A stretch of DNA of 64,000 bases from Octopus vulgaris (GCA_951406725.2 OX597833.1:25048001-25112000), one strand, 5' to 3'; shown: positions 40,961-55,559, counted from the stretch's first letter. Translations and numbers: made by a program. The notes: a model not told the origin generated them from the letters alone.

Positions 40961-41279
40961 ACAAGAGTGTTTACGTAAATATACAAGCTCTCAATTCTTT
41001 TGCTGATTTCTTAGAGATAGAGAGAGAGAGGGAGGGAGGGAGAGGGAAAGAAAGAAAAGCAAGTTGAAAGACTTCATGTAAATTTTGGTAACAATTCAGC
41101 CAACAATTTCATAAGTCAACTTATTTCTAGTTTAAACTCTGATCACAACACCATACCATTCTTAGACATAAAAAAGTAGGAATAGGAATAGCTTTTATAG
41201 CACTTTAGAATACAAGAAAAAGTACTACAGTTATTGTAAATGTCTGTAGTAAAGTCTATTTCAAGACGAGTAATTAAAT

Positions 41280-41900
41280 TTTCATGCACAGATGTCTGTC
41301 ACCAATTCATCTAGAGAGCGTTTTAAATTTTCCATCCACAAAAAGAAATATTATTATCAGTTATTTTTATATAATTTATTACGGTTACTCAAACATTCGT
41401 AGACTCTGCAGTAGAACAATACAAGAACAAATCTATACCTACGCATATAACAGTTACAATACACAATAAAAACTACACAGAAAACACATACAAACTATGC
41501 AAAATGAACCAAATGCAACATGATTTCAGTAGTAATGAATATATTTAAAATATTCATGGAGCAAGGTACAGCAACCGAGGGATAGAAGACACAAGTATTA
41601 AAAGCATTCTCTATCAACGTGAAATACGAACAAGCAATATTCAAAAACATTTTATTCATATAGAATGTGGTATCAAATTTCAATGCAAACATGTAAGTTA
41701 TGGACGTTGTAGAGAGAGCAGAACAACATTTCTCGTTGGATGAAATTGCATCTTTTAAAAAGAAGAAATTATAGTACAGCATAATACAGAACAGGAAATA
41801 GAATTAGTTAAGAATAATCAGTGGATAAGAAATTTACTCTACATAGAATTCAATAAAAAGACAAGAAAATTAACAGCTGAAGCTTCATACTTAGCAAAAC
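41280..41900 (+). pseudogene. Very degenerate RLE-LINE C-terminal remnant
   Basis: TIQEQIYT (A.QEQ..T-like) motif; weak. Confidence 0.3.
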
Positions 41901-43734
41901 AAAAACCCCTAAACAATATACAAGTGCATCATACATGAAATTAAGTGACAAAAACCTACGAAGTAACTTTTCAAAATCTTAAATGCAGCGATAACACGTG
42001 CAGTAGTTACAATATCTCCATGAAGATCCTCCGAGTTGCGGCAAAGCATCCAGCTTTCGTCACTTCATCCCGAAAATTAAGTTGAGAAGGTCTCGAAATA
42101 TTAAATGAAAAAGAGGCTAATAAGGCAATATGAAAAAGTCTTTCATTAAAAATACTAAACATGATTATGTCTTCAAAATCCTATAATCACATGAATGACG
42201 GAAAAAACCTCACTTGATGTGTGTATGTCTTATGTAACCAGCAATTAGTTGACTTTAATCACGCTAATACCAAACAATTTAATCCCAATTCCTCGCCTAT
42301 AACCCTAGGACTTCCTTAAACCTGCATACCAACACCAACCCTCACCACCAGCCCTAATCCCAGTACCTTTAATCAATCAAGTGAGCCGGTTATACTCACC
42401 GAATTAGGGAATTATAGGGATGATATCACTAGACACCAAAGCCACAGTAAGCTACTACATCCCCCGAACAAATCCCTTACCCACCCCCACCAAAAACAAA
42501 ATACCAATCCTAAAGCCGAGATGGATACTGCATATAATGCCAGGTTAACCGCAGGTAATCACAACCCCGTAAACTCCACTTTAGCCCCTTCTAGAATCCT
42601 ATGTAACTCTAGAGACTCCATCTCATGTCTCTTAGAAAATAGATGCCTGACAAAAAAATATCGTATATAAATGTACGTTATCTACGGAAGATTTCAAGTA
42701 TGCATTGATAGCAGTTGGTACAACACCACGTTCAAGCTCAGAGTTAGTAACCACCATTCTAGCTGTAAATCTCAAGTGAGTGTGTAGTTTTACTGTTAAG
42801 TGTTAACTAGTAATCACCAATTTCACTGCGACTCTCATGTTCCCCAAATGACTCCAACTTTAAACTCTCATCTCCTTCTCTTCCTTCTCCTCCCTTCTCT
42901 CCTAGCAAATCCATCTTGCTCTCACTCCATAAACATACAACCTCTTCTTTTCTTTCTTCTTCTCATTGTTGACCATTTCACATCTAATAGTTCTTGTCTT
43001 CTTTTTTTATTCTGTATAAACCTATAAACTTAGGTGCAACAATATATTTATTTACTGCTTACACAGTAAAGTGTCTCCAGCTTAGTTTTCACAACGATCT
43101 CCCCCTAACGTCAGCATCCATCTAACCTTAATCCCAGCCACATCAATCCTCCCTTTCCCTTTTTTTATTCTTAACTACTCATTCTCATATGTTTGATCTC
43201 TTCCTTCAACTCTCTTACCGACCAGTATATTTATTCATGCTTTTGTTTTTTATTTATTTTTTTTATTCCGTTCTTCCGGCTTCACCAATCATTTCAAATC
43301 ATAATTCCGGCGAGTTAACTAGGGATTCCTTTACAACGCTGTAAGCTTCATATAATTAAGGTATTTTCGGCAAGATGGGTAGCTACCGAAGCACCCCGCA
43401 TTGAGTAATTATTACTTCCGAGGTTCTGCTAGCTAGGAAACATGCGTAGCCTGGATTTTATCGTTGCCACTCCCATAATTTGGATTTTTATTCGCATTCA
43501 TAGCAACCCTAGTTACTAACCGTAAACTTCAATAAATAAATAAACAAATAAACAAATAAATAAATAAATAAAATGCTTTCAGCTTATCGAAGTTCGGTAT
43601 GGGAATGACCTACAACGCTCGATGTCAATAAATTATTATTGTTACTGAAAGTTGGTATTCAAATCTACCACGGAGCGCACGAAGCTTACTAACTTTCTAC
43701 ACCTTGAGTTTTATAATCACACATATATATACTG

Positions 43735-43771
<37 letters not shown>

Positions 43772-43785
<14 letters not shown>

Positions 43786-44150
43786 GGCAGTTTGTCTGTC
43801 TGTGTATCTGTGTGGCTGTCAGGTTGTACCCTCACCCTGACCATGGCTTTCAACCGATTCTGATGAAACTTGACACACACATAGCCCAATGTCATAATTC
43901 AAAACTAACGCAGCGAAAATTTTGAAAAGTTCCCCCAGTTCTGAAAAAAATCGATAAGTTCGACATGGGGTCGAGAATCAGAAACACAAACCACAGACTA
44001 TCTAGGGGACGCAACTCGACCTTTTTAACTCTCAAAAACAATTTACCATAATTTTTTTTCCATTTTTTTCTATTTTTTGGCTATAACTCCCTAAAAATGC
44101 TTTATAGTTATTTCCCTTACAAACCCGAGCAACGCCGGGCGATACTGCTA

Positions 44151-44151
<1 letters not shown>
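43772..44151 (+). mobile_element. Non-autonomous Helitron in a TA tract
   Basis: ccgattctgatgaaactt core; 3' cccgagcaacgccggg hairpin plus CTAG|t; homologous to 21665-22021. Confidence 0.88.
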
Positions 44152-44205
<54 letters not shown>

Positions 44206-44210
<5 letters not shown>

Positions 44211-44367
44211 AGCCACTACACACATTTTTTCTCTCCTTGTTTCTTTCAGTGTTCCTTTCTGTGGAAGAGCGTAGGCTCGAAACATTAAAGAGCGTTATAC
44301 TAATACATCTGTTTGTTTTCTACATCACCTTTCTTCGTCTTTTGTGTTTTTTTCGTGAATTCTCCCT
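44206..44367 (+). mobile_element. Short hammerhead-variant element (family H2)
   Basis: cttt-CTGTGGA-A-GAGC gtag GCTC-GAAAC-ATT-aaag at 44255-44290; TA tracts on both sides. Confidence 0.75.
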
Positions 44368-44379
44368 ATATATATATAT

Positions 44380-44593
44380 ACCGCGTGTGTACCGTTGGCG
44401 ATTTTTTCCTCCGTCTTCTTTTCGTTGGATCTTTCATTTTTCTATGTTTCTGACGAAGTGCTCCACCCGAAACGTTAAGTCCTCCTTCTTTACTTCTTTC
44501 CTGAGCATCCAATAATACTATACTTGTTCCACGTCTTCGCGTTGTTGTGTTTTCTCTGTGTGTTTCTCTTTGTGTTTTCATGTTTGGATTAAC

Positions 44594-44596
<3 letters not shown>
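44380..44596 (+). mobile_element. Short hammerhead element (family H1)
   Basis: Homologue of 2806-3010; gttt-CTGACGA-A-GTGC tcc ACCC-GAAAC-GTT-aag at 44446-44480 with decayed stem II. Confidence 0.75.
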
Positions 44597-44650
<54 letters not shown>

Positions 44651-45218
44651 TTGTGCATGCATAAGTAAGCCCATAAGCCTTCTGTTTATACTAATCTAGC
44701 AATCCCTCCTCTTTAACTTGTTCCTTCTCTTGTCATATTCTCTGTCTGTCAGCCTGTCTCTGTCTGTCTCTCTTTCTGAATTTCTTTTTTTGTGGCATCA
44801 AGAAGTTTAAATTTCACAATGATAATAATAACAACAATACCGACAAAATCAACTTCAAACAGTTTAGTTACAGAAAAATGTGATGTCATTTATGTTTTCT
44901 CATCACATGTACAAAGGTAGAGAATGGTAATTGTAGGGCGGTGAAATATGAAAGAAGACAGAGAAAGATGATGATGATGATGATGATGATGATGAAAAAT
45001 GGAGAAGGATGAGATGAAGAAAGAAAAGAAAAGGCGAAAAGGATTATTAGATGGTAGATGATGATGATGATGATGATGATGATACTGAAGACGATGCCAT
45101 GAAGAAGAAATAAACAAGAAGAAATTAAAAGGTCAAAAAATATTATGATGAAGGGTGTAGGTTACTACTACTACGACTGTTGCTGCTGCTGCTGCTGCTA
45201 CTACTACAACTACTGATA

Positions 45219-45272
<54 letters not shown>

Positions 45273-45274
<2 letters not shown>

Positions 45275-45770
45275 TCCTTCTTGATTGGCCACCAGGGCCG
45301 AACACAAAACATAGAGGGTGATACACAGACGAGGGATAGTGAGGTTAGACGTTTAAACAGCAAAACACAACAATTAACAATTAAAAATATATAATTTTCC
45401 TATAGTAGGGAGATCCACCGAGAGGTGACCAAAGCAACCTCACGCACTTTGGGCACCTAGCACCAAGGCACCCATCTTTTCTTCACTCCATCGGCCTGCA
45501 GGCGCACATTTAGAGTATGCCCATTCACCCACCTTTCAACAAACTTAATGGGAAACAGCACCTCCAACTCCATCTCACCCTCCTTCTCAGGTGGAACCTG
45601 AAAAAGTCAATGAGACCTTGGCCAAAAGGAAGGTACCCGTCTCCAAACCTTTCAATGCCGAAAGCAGTTAAAATTTAAAAAATCATTGAAGGGCACCCCC
45701 TGCAAAATAGGGGGTGTTTCTGCACAGAAGTACTATCTATAAAGTCCAGACAATCTCAGGAATGTAATGG
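45273..45770 (-). mobile_element. 3' fragment of an L1/Tx1-like LINE with (TTA)n tail
   Basis: Minus strand LKGLETGTFL..GLIDFFRFHLRRRVR..EVLFPIKFVERWVN, a 3'UTR, then (tta)n. Confidence 0.6.
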
Positions 45771-45903
45771 TAACAATAGAAATGAAAAGATGGGGCCTTA
45801 GAAAGCCAAAACGATTACAAACAATTTTTCAACTTACGGAGCAACAAATTTCTGTGACTTCATAATATGGCGGCTATAATAATAATAATAATAATATTAA
45901 TTA

Positions 45904-45958
<55 letters not shown>

Positions 45959-45999
45959 GCTGCTGCTGCAGCTGCTGCTGATGCTGCTGCTGTTGCTGC

Positions 46000-46054
<55 letters not shown>

Positions 46055-46062
46055 TGTAATAA

Positions 46063-47181
46063 ATGCCCCGATGCTATAACAGGCAGTGGCTCTCGCGGTT
46101 TCTGATCTTAACTTATTGGAAGTGTTATCATTTACATTGTTTTGCCTTGGTATAAAAGATGGGCTACAGTAAATATGCTGTTCAATACCACAGATTTGCT
46201 TGTCAGTTTGACCTGAACCATTTGAGCATATCTCTTAGTGAATGACAATATGTGCATCTCTGATCCCGAGTAGAAGTAGTGGGGAGAGCATCATAGTCAC
46301 GTGTTGAGAGGAATTCTTTGGGGTTTGACTAATTCACCTCTCGCAACATGGGTGTTTTGTTCAACATCCTTAAACAAGCTTTATTCAGAAACCTTTTGAG
46401 TGAGATGGGCTACTCGGCCTGAAGAAAATTCTAACTGGGCCTCATCTGCAATGTCATGAGCTGTTTATCTTGATACGAGATCACCATGTCGCGCACATGT
46501 TTGTGGTGCTTGTACCTGGTATACCCTTATCAGATGTATAGTCATGATAGGTACAGGGTGGAACAGATAGGACGGACGTTTTTGAAATGGCTATTACTCA
46601 GCCTCAGATGGAGGGATATGTATCCGACAGGTATTATTTGAACCGTGGTGTCTCAGAATTTTTTTAATTTTCAGGTGAAGCCATTGCACTGTGGACGATA
46701 GAGCATCGCGTGTTTGCCTACGACAGTTACGCGTTAGACTATCTTTCATGCGGAGTCCGATTCGCTCTTTTCGGTAGCATTCTAGTGAACTTTGCATCGG
46801 CAATCAATCGGTAAGGCGTATTTTGCATGATGACCTGCATTTCCACCTCACCCGTACAAATTGGTTATCGGGCTACAGTTGAAACCATGGGGTTATGTAC
46901 AGAACAATGCTGGAGAGAGTGGAGGCTAACGTCCAAGAAAGCCTTCAGAAATTCATCAGCGTAAACGGACACCACATGATGAATGTTGTTTGCCACACTT
47001 GATTTTGACAAATGTTAATTCAATACGAACACATCGATGTCAATAAATTAGTTTACAGCTGAAATTAATGATTTTGTTTTGTTTTGAAACACGTCCGTCC
47101 TCTCTGCCACACCCTGTATAGTGGGTTTCGTATAATTGTACCTCAGTGTCACTTTGATGGCATGCGCTGCTGTCTCACTCA
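46063..47181. mobile_element. Repeat family T, copy 2 (interrupted by a Tc1/mariner derivative)
   Basis: Homologous to 25704-26151 on both sides of the insert. Confidence 0.85.
46554..47116 (+). mobile_element. Internally deleted Tc1/mariner element
   Basis: TA TSD; imperfect ~30-bp TIR CAGGGTGGAACAGATAGGACGGACG / CGTCCGTCCTCTCTGCCACACCCTG; remnant SVRRILHDDLHF..HPYKL. Confidence 0.88.
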
Positions 47182-47666
47182 ATAATAACAATAATTTTGA
47201 CCCTAGCGAGTACTTGACTGATACTTTATTTTAACGATCTCGAAAGAATGAGAAACGAAATAAAAAAGGAAAAGTAGTTAGCAGAAAAAGTGATAATGCT
47301 GGAGATAAAAATCATAACAAGATCAAGAAATGAAGGAAGAAAAAATAAACAAAAGATGAAAAAGGAAAAGAGAAGAAAATAATGTGAAGATAGAAAAACA
47401 TGAGGAGAATGAGGGAAGAGGCGAAAAAGATAAGGAGATCGAAGTAGCGAAATAAATGATGTGTCTTCGAAATTGGTTTGCTGGAAGATATAAGAGAGAA
47501 CATATATATATTTTGATATTGAGAACTTGAGAACCAGGTACTAAATCAGTGATAATGATGTAACTGCTGGTCTGACTGACTCTGTATGAGTATATATATA
47601 TATGTATATATATGTGTGTGTGTGTGTGTGTATACATGTATCAATATATGTATCTCTCTCTCTTTA

Positions 47667-47699
<33 letters not shown>

Positions 47700-47720
47700 C
47701 TATCTATCTCTCTCTCTCTC

Positions 47721-47755
<35 letters not shown>

Positions 47756-48849
47756 TTGTGTGTATATATATACGTACATACATACATAGACATACATACA
47801 GACAGACAGATAGATAGATAGATCGATATACATATTTACACACACTTTACAAGCTCATATATGTGCTCAAAATCTACATGTACGTCGGCATAGAACTATA
47901 CCAAGAATGCACTCGCACGCGCGCACACACACACGCACACACACACGCACACACACACACACACAAACACACACACAAACACACATACACGCGCAGGCAC
48001 ACTCGCATACGTATCTATCTATCTATTTATAAACACATTGACACAATCATACTTGTGTTTCTAGATATATATGTGGGGTAATGTGCGCGCATACATATGT
48101 ATATATTTGGTTCATATGCTATAGCTTTACTGGTGATCTATAACATAGATCTATAACATTAGTTCTTGCTGTCAATGAGATCGAGTGGTGATGAAACCTC
48201 TAGTTACTGGCTGATAAATATAATTATACTCTATAGATTTTTTCAGCACTTGCTCATTTGTTCATTATTAACAACATATAATATACACGTATGTGTGTGT
48301 CTGTGAGTGTGTGTGTAATATGTGCCTTTACATGTGTCTATGTATATGTGTTTGTATACTCAAAATCATGAACACACTTATGTACACATATGTATATACA
48401 TATGATGACAGGATTCCAATTCTGAACTATACCATCACTGGATTGTTTCCTTAAATCACAATGATTGTGACTATGCGGTCCTTATAACAATCTGCATATT
48501 TTCCATAGACATGGCAACAATGAGAGCCTCTGGTAGCCGGTGTTCAGACACACGCTGACATCTGCTTTCATTCCATTATAGAATTTTAAATAGTGTTTTG
48601 CTTTTTGGACAACCGTCAGCTATTATATGCCACACGTAATAGTGAAGTTAAAAAATCAAAACGATGCTTGTACCTGAAGGATTCAAATTTGAGGAAAGGC
48701 CTTGCATAAAGCCAATACCATTCTCTAAGTAACTTTTGATGTATTTGTTTATTTGGAAATAAAAATGCATCAATGTGGCTAATACAGCCATGTGCTAAAT
48801 TATGTGGTGTTTCATAAAGTATGTGTTAAATACCTCGTCAAGTATTATC

Positions 48850-49620
48850 AACATTTGCATTTTCTGTATACATGATTAGATTGTGGAGAATCTACCTTCT
48901 TTCTACAAGAATCAACGTTCAGCCATATTTGGATCTAATTTCTTGGTATTTATCCTGCTGCTCCAAAAGTAAAAGGGAAAAATACTGGAAATGTATTTTA
49001 CGTATTTGATTTTCAGGCTTATAATCAATGGTCCATAAATATCTTCCTCGTATTTTTCTGAATCGATTGATTTCAGATGGGTTGCTGACTCACAGCAGAT
49101 AATTTATTTAATTTGTAGTCCCAAACAACAGCTATGCGAAGCCTGTTGTGTTTTACTCTCTTGCTATATTTATTATCAGGTTCTACCAATAGTATTTCGT
49201 TCATGAATACCAACTCCTTAATCTTCATTTGTGGCTGTGTCCTTGTATCTCAAATTGTTCTAACTCCCATATGATTCTTATGGGAAAGTACTGTTTGGGG
49301 GAATTTTTATTACAACAGGCAACAATGTGGATAACATCTTCGGTTTAGCTTTTACATAGCTTGTACTTGTTGCCAGAAGATGGTTTCTTCTTGAGTGTAT
49401 GTGTGCAGAAGTTGCCTGTGGATAATCTTGTTCCTGGATTGCATGCCTGTAAACTAAGGATTTCAATGTTCTTTATACAAACTGTTCTTTTTCCAAGTAC
49501 GCATACGCAAATATTTCAGTGAACTGGTCTATGTTTTGATTTTGTTGCTTTAAGTAGGATATATATAAATATTCCAAACAGATAATTCAGCATTAGATTT
49601 AATTTAATATTTCTACTCAA
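48850..49620 (-). pseudogene. Degenerate RLE-LINE C-terminus
   Basis: Minus-strand AIQEQ, VVWDYKL, EDIYGPL and FTFGA remnants; 48905-49128 partly duplicated at 50872-51085. Confidence 0.55.
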
Positions 49621-49678
49621 GTCCGTTACCTATCCCAATAATGTACTATTTGTGTATCAACATATGTGTATGAGTCAA

Positions 49679-50210
<532 letters not shown>

Positions 50211-50442
50211 TGTGGCTGCGTGTGTGCGTGTCTGTGTGTGTGGGGTGTATGTGTACGTGTGAATCTCTGCTTATTATTTAGGTGATGAACAGGTTACCTG
50301 TGTAGAAGCTACGAAATGTGTTAAGATCGAATCACATTTACTTAAAAGATGATTCTTGTAAAAATAAATCTAAGTAGGAAGGGAATGTGAAAGACTTGCA
50401 GTTTTAAGGGAATGGCGTAAAACGTTTCATGTTTCTTTAATG

Positions 50443-50700
50443 TGGCATTTCTCGATCACTTTTTACCTATGGATGCTTTTGATTCCTATTTTACTTTGGC
50501 GGTCCAGGCCCTCAACCCATTGCCATTTGATGTTTAAAAAATCCTATTATATTTTAAATATTATTAGGAATTGTATAAAGAAAAGTACTAAAATATTTTG
50601 TTGTGTTGCAGAAATATAGTCAATTTATTGCACATGAATTTTAACGGCAAAATTTTAAATGTACCCTCAAGGGTCCCATGGATTCGGTTGAGAACCACTG
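50443..50700. mobile_element. hAT-type MITE (same family as 20380-20616, opposite orientation)
   Basis: Right TIR ggttgagaaccactg, degenerate left TIR, TSD ctttaatg/ctttaata. Confidence 0.8.
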
Positions 50701-51269
50701 CTTTAATAAAAGAAGAAATTGAGGATGATGAGAGGTTACAGGGTACCAGAGACTGATTGTAACTATGGCAGTAGACAAAAACAGCAAACACTGATTAGAG
50801 AGATAGAGAGGTGGGGCAGTACAATGTTGTTTTGTGGATATGTGTGGAGAGTGTGTCTTGATGTCATTAATTCAAGAATCAATGCTCAGCCATATTTGGA
50901 TCTAATTTCTTGGTATTTTCCCGTTGCTCCAAAAGTAAAGTGGAAGTGTATTTTATGTATTTGCTTTTCAGGCTTATCATCAACGGTCCATAAATATCTT
51001 CCTTTGTACTTTTCTGAATCGATTCCTTTCAAATGGGCTCCTGACTCACAGCAGATCATGTATTTAATTTGTAGTCCCAAACAAAGAATTATCCCTGGGT
51101 CCTTGGCCGTACAAGTAGTGCGGATGGAGACTAAACCCACTAGGTTTTAAGTAGATAACGAAAGTGCACTGAAAGTTAACAAAAAATGAAAGGCGAATGA
51201 ATATACAAAAGATTTTTTGTTAAAATCATTGCAAGATGATCATCAATATTTAGAAAGAATTGAGCCAAT

Positions 51270-51900
51270 GAGCTAGCAGAATCGTTATCACGCCGGACGA
51301 AATGCTTAGGGGTATTTCGTTCTGAGTCCAAATTCCGCTGAGGTCGAATTTGCCTTTCATCCTTTCAGGGTCGATAAACTAAGTACAAATTGCGTACTGA
51401 GGTCGATCTATTCGACTGCCCCCTCCTCCAAAATTTCGGGCCTTGTGCCTAGAGCAGGAAAGAATCGTTAGCACGCCGGACAAAATGGTTAGCTGTATTT
51501 CGTCTAGCTACTTCCTTGGTTCATATTCCGCCGAGGTTGACTTTACCTTTCACCTTCTGGGAGTCGATAAAATAAGTGCCAGTGAAGCACTGGGGTCAAT
51601 GTACTAGGTATACCCCTCCCCTACAACTCGTGGACTTATGCTAAAATTTGAAACAAATATTCAGTAAGAAATAACGCGGCGATCTGGTAGAATATTTAGC
51701 GCGACGAGTAAATGCTTAGCAGTATTTCTTTCGTCTATACATTCGTCTATACATTCAGATACGCGGTCGACTTTGCATTTTATCCTTTCCGGGTCGAGAA
51801 AATGAGTACTAGTTGAGCACTGGGGTGGATGTAATCGACTTATTCACTCCCGCAAAAATTGGTGGCCTTGTGCCAAAGTTTGTAATCAATACTTAGAAAG
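51270..51900 (+). mobile_element. Three head-to-tail copies of SINE family C
   Basis: Units begin near 51270, 51463 and 51677; each has gaatcgttagcacg-, gaggtcgacttt-, gtcgataaa- and ggccttgtgcc-like motifs. Confidence 0.85.
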
Positions 51901-52571
51901 AAGTGCATGAGAAACTAATTGAATGTTCTAGCACATCAGGGTCGATAGATTGTGAATCAAGTTGAAACCCATCTGTATACACTGAGCAGCTGCTGCTGAA
52001 GGGATCTGATTACAAGTAAACACCAGAGCAAGAGCGGAGAGACAGAAAGAAAAAGAGCGAGAGGGATGGGGGATGGTGACAGACTTAGAAACTTGTAGTG
52101 ATTAAACTATGAACAATTTCGAATCGGTATAAATTTGTTCTCGTTTCCCGATAAATGCTCTGATTTTTGTGCGAGAGATCATGATGCAGTGCATCTTAAT
52201 TGGTGCCCTTGGAATCTTCGATTCGATGATGACAGCACTACTGTTCGAAATACAGTTAAACATGGACGCACGGCAATTCTACAAAATCTATAACGAATTT
52301 TCGTCTTTCAAACAAACAAGATTTAAAACAAATTCAACTTCTTATTCACTTCCTCCTTTCTCTCCAAATTTCAGGTTTTGCCCTCAAACTATAGTGTTCC
52401 AGAACACTAGCCGTAGCAACACTGCGTTGTGTTTTTTGCTGAACCAACAACGATTCCCAAAAATTCAGAATACGCTGTATCGGCATCATCAGCTTCAGAC
52501 GGCTAGTGGCACCCAGCGCGAACTGGCGAATAGTGAGGGTTGCGGGTTTGGCATAATCCAACAACTTAAGC

Positions 52572-52772
52572 CCGTGGTTCTCAACCAGGGACCATATGGC
52601 CATTGTAGCTCCATATACGCTTTTGTCGTTAGAATGTATGGGCAATAAATTGCTTGCACTTCTACATTTTTTGAAACAAATTTTTTTATCTTCATCGAAT
52701 AGCTATGGAAGTGCAGTAGAGTAAGATAGGAATCAAAGGGCTCCGTTGGCAAAAAGTGATTGAGAACCAATG
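52572..52772. mobile_element. hAT-type MITE, third copy
   Basis: ccgtggttctcaacc ... gattgagaaccaatg; internal aagataggaatcaaagg is shared with 20380-20616. Confidence 0.75.
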
Positions 52773-53024
52773 GTCTGAACAATAAACGATAAACCGATGA
52801 AGAGATTTTCAGCGAGAAATTTGGTGGTAGGTCTTTTATCTTTTGCAACTGTCAGTCGTTGGACTGCGGATTTTCTGGGGCACAGTCTTACAGGAATAGA
52901 CGAACAAATAGACCGAAGGACATATTTTGTGAAATTATTCAATCGGTCTCTAATGCTGATATGTTACGATGACAGACAAACCATCATTAGTTTAGTGTAA
53001 AGGGGACAAACAAAAAAACAAAGA

Positions 53025-53168
53025 TACGACGGGTTTCCATACAGTTTCCGTCTGCCAAATTCATTCACCTAAAGGTTTAACAGAAGACATTTGCTCAAGG
53101 TGTTGAGCAGTAAGACTGAAGCCGAAATCACGTGGTTACAAAGTGAGCTTCTTAACCACACAGCCATA
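53025..53168 (-). mobile_element. 5' half of SINE family A (degenerate)
   Basis: cagtttccgtctgccaaatt..agaagacatttgctcaagg..cttaaccacacagcca. Confidence 0.7.
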
Positions 53169-53354
53169 AGTAATAGTCTTCACATCATATAGCAGATTGA
53201 AATAGTGTTATGTATGGATGCAGGTAAGAGAGAATATATAAGAAGTGCTCTACGCAAGAGTTTCTGACTGCATGGAACATTTAGCGAGATTCTTCACATC
53301 GCATTCTGTGTATGTACGCAAACATACACACAATCACATGCATTCAGATATAAC

Positions 53355-53428
<74 letters not shown>

Positions 53429-53495
53429 ATATATATATATGGATATCTATATCGATGTATATATATATGTATGTATATGGATATCTATATCGATG

Positions 53496-53536
<41 letters not shown>

Positions 53537-53656
53537 TTGTCTCTGTGTGTGTGAATGCGTGTGTTTTTATGTGTATGTGTCTGTGTGTGTGTGTGAATGC
53601 GTGTGTTAGTGTGCGTGTGTATGTGTGTATGTGTGTGTGTGTGTGTGTGTTTCTGT

Positions 53657-53700
<44 letters not shown>

Positions 53701-54116
53701 ATACACGTACACATACGCCCGGGAATAATTTCAGGTAAGAAATACTACCGCAGCAAATTCCGAATATAGCCAGTGGCATTTCTGTAATATTAATTTTTTG
53801 TCAGATTATACAGGTTTCATATTTTTTCTATTGGGTATTTTTAGAGGAGTGACAAATTCCTCTCTCTCTCTCATTTGTTATCTATATATTTCTCTCGCTC
53901 TCGCTTCCATTCTTTCTATACACACACAAACACATACAGGCATGCATACACATAAGCAAGCCCATACTAACATGCACAAACCCGATTTCTTTTTAGCATT
54001 CTGCTTTCGAAGCACTAATTCCATGTAACAGTGAATATGTGCTAAGGAAGAAGGAAAATGAAACGTCCGAAAAACGTCATGCGTTCAACGATAGAGAGAG
54101 AGAGAGAAGAATGATG

Positions 54117-54165
<49 letters not shown>

Positions 54166-54424
54166 GCATGTGTGTGTATATATATATATATATATGTGTA
54201 TATATATGTGTATATACATGTGTATATATATATATATATATGTGTATATATATGTGTATATACATGTATATATATATATATGTGTATATATATGTGTATA
54301 TATGTATGTATATATATATATATAGAGAGAGAGAGAGGGAGAGAGAGAGAGAGAAATATAGACATATATATGTATATACATACATATACATACACACGTA
54401 CACAAACATATATGTATGCATATA

Positions 54425-54468
<44 letters not shown>

Positions 54469-54969
54469 TGTGTGTGTGTGCGTAAGGATATGTATATATA
54501 AATATACACATTCATATATATATGTAGAGAGATAGGCAGAGACATATGTAGTAAGAAACAAGGAAGTGAGAGGATATAGAGAAGGAGATAACTACCATTG
54601 CGGTAGAAGAAGTACATGATGCCAAAACCGTCTAAAAAATATATAAGAGAAAAACTTTGACATTTCCAATAGTTTGAATAATAGTTCAAAAAGAATTACC
54701 TGGTATAAGACAGGGAGATTAGGATCTTGCAGAAATGTTAATCTCGTGCTGAAAACTAATAGTATCAACAACAACGTCAACAACTACAAGAACAACAACA
54801 ACAACAATAGTAATAATCTTTTCTACCTTAGAAATAAGGACTCAAATTTTGTTGGGAGAGGCTTTGTCAATTACATCGACACCAGTGAATTACTGGTACT
54901 TACTTCATCGACTCGGAAAGGATGAATTAATAATAATAATACTAATAATACTAATAATAATAATAATTT

Positions 54970-55365
54970 GTCCTCAGGCAGTGGCTCTCATAACTACTGA
55001 TCTTAATTGATTGAAAGTGTTATCATTTTCTTGTCTTGGTATCAAAGATGGGCTACAGTGAATATTCTGCTCAATACCACAAATTTGCTTGTCAGTTGTT
55101 TGACCTTAACCAGTTGAGCATGTCCTTTAGTGGCTGACAATATGTGCATCTCTGATCACGAGCGGAAGTAGTGGGGGAGCATCATAGCCATGTGTTGAGA
55201 GGGATTCCATAGGGTTTGAATAATTCGCCTCTGGAAAGATGGGTGTTTTGCACATCATCCTTAAAACAAACCTTATTCAAGGACCTTTTGAGCAGGACGG
55301 GCTACTTGACCTGAAGTAAACTCTAACTGGGCCCAGCTGCAAGGTCATGCTCTGTTCTCTCACTC
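54970..55365. mobile_element. Repeat family T, copy 3 (internal deletion)
   Basis: ggcagtggctctc..aaagatgggctacag..ctctcactc; preceded by (AAT)n. Confidence 0.85.
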
Positions 55366-55559
55366 AATAACAATAACAAATATACGTAAAATAACAATGC
55401 TAAGTACCGCGTACATCCTACGGAAAAACACTTTCAATACGTTAAAAATAAGAGTATCACAGCAGAAAATAGCACATACACACGGCACTCAGTTCTTACT
55501 GATAAAAGTAATCTCGTAGCAGTAAACAGAGGTGAGATCTCTAATAAGCCACAGGAAGA

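Noticed and set aside
52169-52648. 159-aa ORF
   Set aside because: Non-ATG start, no recognisable domain, and it runs into a hAT MITE
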